This document shows, one piece after another, positions 1-6,550 of a stretch of 64,000 bases of DNA (positions within the stretch are counted from its first letter, which is position 1; the number at the start of each line of letters is the position of its first letter). The stretch is from an uncultured virus (IMG/VR IMGVR_UViG_3300032285_001110). Taxonomy: Duplodnaviria; Heunggongvirae; Uroviricota; Caudoviricetes. A program made the translations under genes and the position numbers. The stretch lies in the IMG/VR virus record IMGVR_UViG_3300032285_001110, one strand, 5' to 3'. The notes beneath the pieces were generated by a model that saw only the letters and a list, made by a program, of their open reading frames with translations, had not been told where the DNA came from and searched no databases.

Positions 1-1572
1 AACCATAGGCTCATTGTTAGCAAAGCGGATTGCACGTAGGAAGTACTTACCACCAGCAGTCCAGTGAACACCAGGGCTTTCGCCAGCTAGGATAGACACA
101 GTACCAGAAGGCTTAACGGTAGTCATCTTTACAGACTCACGAATGCCAAGCCACTCACTGTAGGTCTGGTCATAGCTCTTGACCAAAGTGTAACCTTCAT
201 CCATCCACTCACGAAGCACAGGCAAGCCCTTGGCATCTGCAAAGTTTGCAACACCAGAGATAGAAGTACCAATGCGGCGGTTACGCTGCATGATAGCGTT
301 AGTCTCTTCCCAGTGGGTAGGGAGTAGCGTCACAGTCTTTGCATAAAGGTATGCAAACTTAAGCGTACGCTTAAAGTCCTCAAGGGAGTCATGACGATTC
401 AAGTAAGTCTCAACCAAAGTACACATCTCAAAGCTTTCAAGGCTTTGCTCTGCACATGGGTTGTAGCCTACTACTCGGTGGTCCTTGTTGTTAATGCCAT
501 CTGCAAGACGACCATACTTACGAGACATATCCATCCAGATTACGCCTGGCTCACCGTTGCGTACAATGCCGTCTACGATAGGCGAGAAGTCGGTTCCAAC
601 ACAAACTTCTACGCTGTTGTTAGACATCCAAGCCCAACCTGGGGCCTCTGGGTCGTAGCTATTCCGTTCAGGAAAACGCTCCCCATTCTTAAGATTCAGG
701 AAATCCTCATCATCAATACGACCAATAAGCAACTCAGCACTACGACGAACGTTACCAGAGACAACGCAGACACCAATCATGTTGCCAATGTCAGCCAAGT
801 CACGACGAGTAACCTTCTCACCCTTGCGACCCTCAAACATCTTGCGAATCTGGGTGTGCAACTTAAAGAGTGGCTCATGGCCAGCAGCAGTTCCACCAAA
901 GGTAGCAATAGGGGCACCGTAAGGACGAATAAGGTCGTAGTTAAACTCCCAACGCTTCTGGTCAGGCTTCAAGTAAGAGTTAATAAGTGCAGAAGTAGAC
1001 TCAGCCCAACCCTCACGAGTGTCAGGGATAATGTATTCGCTAGGCTCGCCTGGAGCGTAAATCTCAAAGCCCTTGTCAGCACCCTTGTCGTCAAAGCCAA
1101 CACCCACACCAAGCATCGAAGCTTCCATGAGGAAAGCAAAAGGCTTAGCAGGGTTGTTCTTAGTCATTTCATTAGTAGAAACAAAAGCACAGTTCTGAAG
1201 TGCAGCTGAGTTACGCTGAACGTTTACAATGTCAGTACCCATTACCCAAAGCCCACGTCCTGGTGGAGTCCACTTAAGATTAAAGAGACGGTCGAAAGCT
1301 TCCTTAGCTGAAGCTGCTGCCTTAGCGTCTGACCAAGGCAAGCGGTTTAGCTTTGCGTGGTCCTTCTGAAGCGAGTACATACCATTGATTACACGTTCGC
1401 ATACTTCCATCCAAGTTTCCTTGGTGCCATCAGGCTTCTTACGAGAGTAAGTACGCAGAAAGGTAATCTCTCCGACTGAGTTGCCAGCTACGTCTGCGTA
1501 ACCGAAAGGAGCCTTCTTGTCCTTATATCCTGCAACAAATTCTTCTGCTAATCGGAATGAAAAATTAACCAT
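1..1572 (-). CDS. nrdJ: Class II (adenosylcobalamin-dependent) ribonucleotide reductase, RTPR type; 3' end runs off the window
   Basis: Absent from the ORF track because it has no stop in the window. Manual translation from ATG at 1572: MVNFSFRLAEEFVAGYKDKKAPFG...GEITFLRTYSR. Contains the active-site motif GYNPCAEQSLESFEMCTL (~415-470) and TTVKPSGTVS (~95-125). Alternative in-frame ATG at 1581. Confidence 0.93.
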   Translation of the reverse strand, partial: MVNFSFRLAEEFVAGYKDKKAPFGYADVAGNSVGEITFLRTYSRKKPDGTKETWMEVCERVINGMYSLQKDHAKLNRLPWSDAKAAASAKEAFDRLFNLKWTPPGRGLWVMGTDIVNVQRNSAALQNCAFVSTNEMTKNNPAKPFAFLMEASMLGVGVGFDDKGADKGFEIYAPGEPSEYIIPDTREGWAESTSALINSYLKPDQKRWEFNYDLIRPYGAPIATFGGTAAGHEPLFKLHTQIRKMFEGRKGEKVTRRDLADIGNMIGVCVVSGNVRRSAELLIGRIDDEDFLNLKNGERFPERNSYDPEAPGWAWMSNNSVEVCVGTDFSPIVDGIVRNGEPGVIWMDMSRKYGRLADGINNKDHRVVGYNPCAEQSLESFEMCTLVETYLNRHDSLEDFKRTLKFAYLYAKTVTLLPTHWEETNAIMQRNRRIGTSISGVANFADAKGLPVLREWMDEGYTLVKSYDQTYSEWLGIRESVKMTTVKPSGTVSILAGESPGVHWTAGGKYFLRAIRFANNEPMV

Positions 1573-1599
1573 TTCTACCATTTCTACTTTTGACTAAAT

Positions 1600-1615
1600 A
1601 CCCCAGATGTGGGAC
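1600..1615. promoter_or_regulatory. Putative NrdR box upstream of nrdJ
   Basis: Minus strand GTCCCACATCTGGGGT matches all six strongly conserved positions of the NrdR-box consensus (acaCwAtATaTwGtgt). It lies 28 nt upstream of the RNR start, just after a -10-like GACAAT. Confidence 0.65.
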
Positions 1616-1688
1616 TTCTATTGTCGGTCATTTCAGCCTACTACACACCTGTTAATATCTCCAAATGCACAAATACTCGGTAAATAAT

Positions 1689-1722
1689 AGTGCCCACCAT
1701 GTTTCAATACATGGCAGGCACT
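1689..1722 (-). terminator. Probable intrinsic terminator between the TGT-like gene and nrdJ
   Basis: 14-bp stem AGUGCCUGCCAUGU/ACAUGGUGGGCACU, fully paired only as minus-strand RNA (two G-U wobbles), followed by AUUAUUU. Confidence 0.6.
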
Positions 1723-1743
1723 GTTATCAGATACTTACTTTAA

Positions 1744-3234
1744 CTATCCTTCGATGTTATCTCGAATAATCATGGTGGTTTTTTCCTCTGAAATTATCTG
1801 TGGTTTGTCTTTCATGGCCTGTACTCGGTCACCAAAAATCGCACTTAGAACACCTTGGCTGGCATTCTTTTGGGCAGTAATCTGAATGAACTCTTTGGAC
1901 TCGTCCAGGGCCTTCAACTTCTCCAACATCTTGAAGTATCGGTCCATCTCCTGAGACACGTTTGGGTCTGCGTAACCACCGTTCAATTCCTCTGTATACC
2001 GCATGAATGCTACTCTTTGAGCCTGCATCTCTAGTAACGCTGTGTTCATTGCCTTTAGCTGTTCGGGTGTCTTTACTTCTATTGGAAGGTTGAATGCACA
2101 CGTATTATTCTCCTTAAATGCAGGGCAATTTGCGGCTACAAAACAGGTGTTACATTGGCGTAAACTTGCATATTGGCTCTGTACTACTGGCACATCTTTG
2201 AGTACGTCTCGGCCATTTTCATTCTCTACAACAGACTTCATCTGATACCCAAAAACAGGCATTGAAGTGACCTCATTTGGGTCTCTTTGTACTACTTCTT
2301 GACGTTCAACTTTCCGCATCTCAGAACCACTGTTATTAGAAAGGTACCCCTCCATTTCCATCAAACCAGTGTATAGGGTATCATCACTGTTATCAGATAC
2401 TTTCTCACCCTGGATGACTGTGAGCTTTGGTTTATCTTTATCCATTTTGCTTTCTAACTGTAGGTATGACCATACTGCAACTTTGGTTGCTTCTTTAGTA
2501 TCATCTTCAATAAACTTTTGAAAATCTAGGCCCGCACCTTCAACAATATTTTTATATCGTTTACGTGCTTGGTCTTTCATACTCTTTGGATAACGTACCA
2601 GCTTGGTGCTATCCCATATAATTGTTTCTCCACGACGCATTGGCGACAACCATGACAACGTACTTGCTGTCTCAAAATGAATCTGTCGTAGGTTATCTGG
2701 CTTTGCTGTGGCTAATGCATGAAATCTTGTACCGAATAGACGTTGGCAATCTCTTGCAACTGTGGCTAAGGATGTTATATTTTCTATAACGTCGCCTGGA
2801 AATGCAATCTGGTATGAGGCGTCTGCCCATTCATAAATCAATTGCTTGTTGTACGACTCGTGCCATACTACAATCATCTTTGGGTCACGCTCAAACGCTT
2901 TGCGTTCGTTTACAATCCATGGCAAGCCCATTACTTGGGAATCAAACTCAACCCAACCTTCAATACGGTCGTAGTTATTTGCAATAAAATCTTCGTAATC
3001 TGCTGCGTAATCTTCTAATTCTCGCTGCGATAAATTTGCTTTATCCGCTTGAACAGCTCCCGAATCTACCCATACTTTCATATCTGGTAGGAAATGCTCT
3101 GCAATATAGTATTGCTTTGTCTTTGGCAATCCACGTTTCCGTAATCCCCAGTAATTCAGCATGACGTGTTCTACGCCTGCTGCTTCCAGTAACGTTCTGT
3201 TACTTGGTATCTCAACCCCACTAAAAACAATCAC
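1744..3234 (-). CDS. TGT/DpdA-like TIM-barrel protein (divergent) with a C-terminal Cys4 domain
   Basis: VWVDSGA (TGT DSGG-like), IVVWH, RFHALA (HxLG-like) and FETASTLSW (DSxSW-like) occur in the expected order. C-terminal CNTCFVAANC...C motif. GTG start overlaps the upstream stop. Confidence 0.6.
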   Translation of the reverse strand: MIVFSGVEIPSNRTLLEAAGVEHVMLNYWGLRKRGLPKTKQYYIAEHFLPDMKVWVDSGAVQADKANLSQRELEDYAADYEDFIANNYDRIEGWVEFDSQVMGLPWIVNERKAFERDPKMIVVWHESYNKQLIYEWADASYQIAFPGDVIENITSLATVARDCQRLFGTRFHALATAKPDNLRQIHFETASTLSWLSPMRRGETIIWDSTKLVRYPKSMKDQARKRYKNIVEGAGLDFQKFIEDDTKEATKVAVWSYLQLESKMDKDKPKLTVIQGEKVSDNSDDTLYTGLMEMEGYLSNNSGSEMRKVERQEVVQRDPNEVTSMPVFGYQMKSVVENENGRDVLKDVPVVQSQYASLRQCNTCFVAANCPAFKENNTCAFNLPIEVKTPEQLKAMNTALLEMQAQRVAFMRYTEELNGGYADPNVSQEMDRYFKMLEKLKALDESKEFIQITAQKNASQGVLSAIFGDRVQAMKDKPQIISEEKTTMIIRDNIEG

Positions 3235-3716
3235 TCAAACATCAACCCCTCTGTACGAGTCAATCTAGCATCTTCAGTTCTCAGTACGTTCTGACGATTA
3301 ATTGATTCTTCGATATCGTTCCATTTACGGAATTTCTTCGGGGCATCTGGCCTAAACTCTGGCCGTGTATAACTTGGTACTCCAAACATTACCGATGGAA
3401 TACCCAGTTCAAATGCATACGCCCATAGCTCTGGGTTATTTGTAATAAATAAATCAATAGGTCCCCTGGAACGGGCTACCTTTATTTGGCGTTCTGCCAG
3501 GTTCTCACCTTCGAGGTGCACTGATGAACCATAAATCAAATCATAATCAACAACCTTATTCAGGTTTAGCCACAACTTAGTTTCTGCTTCTGTTGTCGGT
3601 GACATGAATGTCAAACGATTGTACACACTTAGTGTTCCAATCATTAGAATTCCTGTGCCAATAGGCTCATCTCCTGGGCCACGTAATACTCCAGATATAT
3701 CTACCAATATTTGCAA
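3231..3716 (-). CDS. HAD-superfamily-like protein with degenerate motif I
   Basis: N-terminal ILVDISGVL resembles hhhDxDGVL, followed by an alpha/beta pattern. TTG start with SD GAGGAG. Confidence 0.5.
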   Translation of the reverse strand: MQILVDISGVLRGPGDEPIGTGILMIGTLSVYNRLTFMSPTTEAETKLWLNLNKVVDYDLIYGSSVHLEGENLAERQIKVARSRGPIDLFITNNPELWAYAFELGIPSVMFGVPSYTRPEFRPDAPKKFRKWNDIEESINRQNVLRTEDARLTRTEGLMFE

Positions 3717-3719
3717 CGT

Positions 3720-3815
3720 TTACTCCTCGTAGCAATCACATTTGCAGTTGTCTTCTACACAAATGTTTTTATACAATTCGTGACCGCAATTACGGCACGT
3801 ATCTAACAGTGACAC
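3720..3815 (-). CDS. 31-aa Cys-rich microprotein (not in ORF track)
   Basis: GTG start overlaps the upstream TAG. Translation MSLLDTCRNCGHELYKNICVEDNCKCDCYEE*. Fills the gap exactly. Confidence 0.6.
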   Translation of the reverse strand: MSLLDTCRNCGHELYKNICVEDNCKCDCYEE

Positions 3816-4324
3816 TAATTTCCTTTTATTGTAATTGCAGGAATTGGTGCTACGTAGGTTTTGTATGCATTTACCCAGTTACTTGCAATTGCTTTTTGTG
3901 CTACTGCCAGCTTAATCTTGCCTGTACAAACTAAGGTCTTCAACTTAGTTTCTAACGCATCTTTTTTGTGGCTATTTTGTCCTGCGTATGGCTGTGGCCA
4001 TAGGTTTTTTGGGTCAGTTGGATTGCCGCCTAGTTCTAAACTAATTAGGTGGTCCTCCTCATAATTACCCAAATCTGTACCGTATGCTGCTACCTCATAC
4101 TGGTATGCATCACTCAGCTGCTTGGCTTTTAGATTAGTTGTGTACGATGACGAGGGACGAATAGTTGCTGTCCATCCACTTACGCAAATAGTACTTTGAA
4201 TGTTAGCTTGAGTCACTGCTGGGTTAGTTACTCCAGGAGTAATTACTTTTACTGGCAAATTCCAATCAGTAACTACCGCTGACATTACGCTCAATGCCAT
4301 AACAACTGCTATTACTTTACTCAT
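3815..4324 (-). CDS. Exported HNH-like (His-Me finger) nuclease-family protein
   Basis: Signal-peptide-like N-terminus MSKVIAVVMALSVMSA, then YEEDHLISLELGGNPTDPKNLWPQ (DH...GG...NL pattern of HNH folds). Confidence 0.65.
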   Translation of the reverse strand: MSKVIAVVMALSVMSAVVTDWNLPVKVITPGVTNPAVTQANIQSTICVSGWTATIRPSSSYTTNLKAKQLSDAYQYEVAAYGTDLGNYEEDHLISLELGGNPTDPKNLWPQPYAGQNSHKKDALETKLKTLVCTGKIKLAVAQKAIASNWVNAYKTYVAPIPAITIKGN

Positions 4325-5223
4325 TAGTTATTCCTATACAACGCTGCTCGACGAATTAACGTTGATGCATCTGGGAAGTCTACCCCATAAATAGACTTAA
4401 TATCTGTGCCTATTCTGGCTGCCGCTGCGTTGCGGACTTCTCTCAACAAATCAATTGCTCCACTACGTTTAGCTGCTTGCCAACGGTAATTATAAAAATC
4501 ATTGTAGCCTTTTCCATTTGGCGTAAATGCTTCTGACCTTTGGCTGTGTATCTCTGTATACAATGCATTTGCCTGCTGGTATGCTGCTTGTAATGCAGTT
4601 TGCGAGTTTCTGTGCTGCGGCCCTGCAGATGTATTTATTTCTAAATCTTGCATTGCTTTGGTTGCACGAATATACGCTTGGTGGGCTGAGGTGTAATCTG
4701 ATACAGCAATTGAATCCCACTCTGGATTACGTGGTGCTTCTTGCGTTGGGTTTGGTGGAACTGTCCACTCGTTGTACTTTAAATCATACGCAGCATATGG
4801 CTTGATATTAGTAATATCTGTAGCTTGTGGGTTAACGTAAAAAGTTAACTCGTAACCATTCCAGTTTTCAGTCTGAGGTTGAAGTTCTGCCCTAAAATCT
4901 TCGTTTAACTGGTCAGCTACTTCTCGGTCAGTTAGTCCACGGTATTCAGGGTTAGCTTGACGAAACTGAATAAAGTCTACGCCTACTAGGCAATCCAAAT
5001 CTCCTGGCATTCTTGCCGCAGACCACTGGTATGAAACGCCACTACCTGCCAACCATGGGTGTGCCCATAGTTCTGCATGACGAAACTTTTGTGCTAGAAA
5101 CCCGTGTAGCAATTGGTTAATACCATTACGCACCCATGACTTTAGAGCCCTGCCTTCAAATAAAGTAGGGTCTAGCTGTGGGGCTGGCGTACTAAAGTAC
5201 GACGTAGGGTTATAACTAGTCAT
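4324..5223 (-). CDS. Pol-beta-superfamily nucleotidyltransferase
   Basis: WLAGSGVSYQW...GDLDCLVGV gives the hG[GS]...DhD signature; a third acidic residue is probably in YELTFYV. Confidence 0.75.
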   Translation of the reverse strand: MTSYNPTSYFSTPAPQLDPTLFEGRALKSWVRNGINQLLHGFLAQKFRHAELWAHPWLAGSGVSYQWSAARMPGDLDCLVGVDFIQFRQANPEYRGLTDREVADQLNEDFRAELQPQTENWNGYELTFYVNPQATDITNIKPYAAYDLKYNEWTVPPNPTQEAPRNPEWDSIAVSDYTSAHQAYIRATKAMQDLEINTSAGPQHRNSQTALQAAYQQANALYTEIHSQRSEAFTPNGKGYNDFYNYRWQAAKRSGAIDLLREVRNAAAARIGTDIKSIYGVDFPDASTLIRRAALYRNN

Positions 5224-5233
5224 ACAAACTAGT

Positions 5234-5524
5234 TTAGTCTACTGGGGTAGTACTTTCTGGGTTAATATTCCGCTTTAGTAGGGCTTCCTTAACCTTGTCC
5301 TGTGGAGTAGGTTCCTTTTGCGACATAATTGCTACCATCGCCTGGACGATACGTCCTGTTAGAATCTCTCGCTCAAACTCGTCAACAATCTGCTTTGCGT
5401 TTTGGTATACGTCTACGTTAGTAGCCTTACGCTCAATCGTTGGCAGTTCTTCTGGAATTTCTGTGTAGGTGGAAATGCCACCATCTTTGTTTACTACTAC
5501 CAGGTAATAGGTTTCTGCATCCAT
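5234..5524 (-). CDS. Hypothetical protein
   Basis: 96-aa ORF, coupled to the upstream gene by TAATG. Confidence 0.75.
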   Translation of the reverse strand: MDAETYYLVVVNKDGGISTYTEIPEELPTIERKATNVDVYQNAKQIVDEFEREILTGRIVQAMVAIMSQKEPTPQDKVKEALLKRNINPESTTPVD

Positions 5525-6087
5525 TAGTTGTAATCTCCTCGCATTGCACGGAACTTTGTGGTCATAACACTGTGCATTGGGCAGAAATTACAAATGTAAA
5601 TCTTTGGTCCGTCTGCGTGTTCTGGTTTTGGTAGATGTAAGTCTTTGCGTTCCTTTGCCGTATTAGGCAACAAACGCTTTTTTGGGTCCATGTAATCATC
5701 ACAGTTATTATTTGGCTGAAGGTGATACTTCCAACACTTCATGGCATCTTCAGCAAACGTCATTTTGGTATCGTAAAATGACTTCTCTGGGTCTAGTTCG
5801 TCCAGACCTGCTGAACCGCCCTTGCCTAACTGCTCTAAAATACCCTTACGCTGTTTGCCATCCATCCATGCGGATACAGGTACTTTAAACAACTTGCCAA
5901 CATGTGGCTCACCCGAAGGAAACACGTGCTTCTCTAGGGAAATTTCTAGCAGGTAATCTTTATCGCTTGGGCCATCGTAATCTGGGAGTTCTTCCCACGA
6001 CTCGCACACAAAACAACGCAATAAACGGATTAATGGTCCGTCATGCTCTTTGGTACCAATTAATGGCTTGCCAAAATCGTCAATCAA
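5524..6087 (-). CDS. Hypothetical Cys/His-rich (metal-binding) protein
   Basis: CFVC, CWKYH, CDDY and CNFCPMH motifs. TTG start with SD AAGGAG. Confidence 0.75.
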   Translation of the reverse strand: MIDDFGKPLIGTKEHDGPLIRLLRCFVCESWEELPDYDGPSDKDYLLEISLEKHVFPSGEPHVGKLFKVPVSAWMDGKQRKGILEQLGKGGSAGLDELDPEKSFYDTKMTFAEDAMKCWKYHLQPNNNCDDYMDPKKRLLPNTAKERKDLHLPKPEHADGPKIYICNFCPMHSVMTTKFRAMRGDYN

Positions 6088-6114
6088 ATTATGCTCCTTG
6101 TTAATACACCATTT

Positions 6115-6120
6115 AGTATA
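6115..6120 (-). promoter_or_regulatory. Possible sigma-A-type -10 element (TATACT)
   Basis: TATACT in the 42-nt intergenic gap upstream of the 5524-6087 gene. Confidence 0.4.
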
Positions 6121-6129
6121 CTACAAAAA

Positions 6130-6342
6130 CTACTTGCCTGGGTTAACCTGGTTCGCTACTGGGTACTCGCTAGTTGCAAAACCGTGACCTGCAAATGGGT
6201 GTAGGGTCTGACGGTTGTCCATTGTCTTTTCGTGACCTTCAAGGTCCATGACCTCAGTGTTTGGACGTGCCTTACGGTACTTTCCATCGGTGCTGCCTTC
6301 GTGAAGGCCCTGGTTCATTGAACGACTAGTGTTAACTGCCAT
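6130..6342 (-). CDS. Hypothetical protein
   Basis: 70-aa ORF in the tightly packed minus-strand series. Confidence 0.7.
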   Translation of the reverse strand: MAVNTSRSMNQGLHEGSTDGKYRKARPNTEVMDLEGHEKTMDNRQTLHPFAGHGFATSEYPVANQVNPGK

Positions 6343-6344
6343 TT

Positions 6345-6548
6345 CTATACCATCTTTCCTTTAATTCTTGCTTGCTTACGCTTTTCACCACAAGGTGGGC
6401 AAATACCCATCATGCTGTATAGAAACTCTGTAGGGTTCATAATTACACCACAAGTTGGGCATGGTGCTGAACCTCTATACAGTGTAGCATTCTGAGCAAT
6501 CTGAAATGCCTGCAACTCCAGTGTGTCTTGTCCATCGCCATCATACAT
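6345..6548 (-). CDS. Small zinc-ribbon protein
   Basis: CPTC...CPPC motif. Confidence 0.7.
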   Translation of the reverse strand: MYDGDGQDTLELQAFQIAQNATLYRGSAPCPTCGVIMNPTEFLYSMMGICPPCGEKRKQARIKGKMV

Positions 6549-6550
6549 AA

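Noticed and set aside
391..1209. 272-aa plus-strand ORF, and the other plus-strand ORFs in the track
   Set aside because: They are antisense shadows of well-supported minus-strand genes (here nrdJ) and have no motifs of their own.
1573..1743. Cobalamin riboswitch or second NrdR box upstream of the B12-dependent RNR
   Set aside because: The gap is only about 170 nt and is occupied by the terminator and promoter-like elements; no B12 box was seen. The only second half-site (1638-1653) misses several consensus positions and the usual spacing.
1744..3234. Calling this gene dpdA or tgt (7-deazaguanine DNA modification)
   Set aside because: The likely catalytic Asp appears to be missing and no preQ0 synthesis genes are in the window, so no symbol was assigned.
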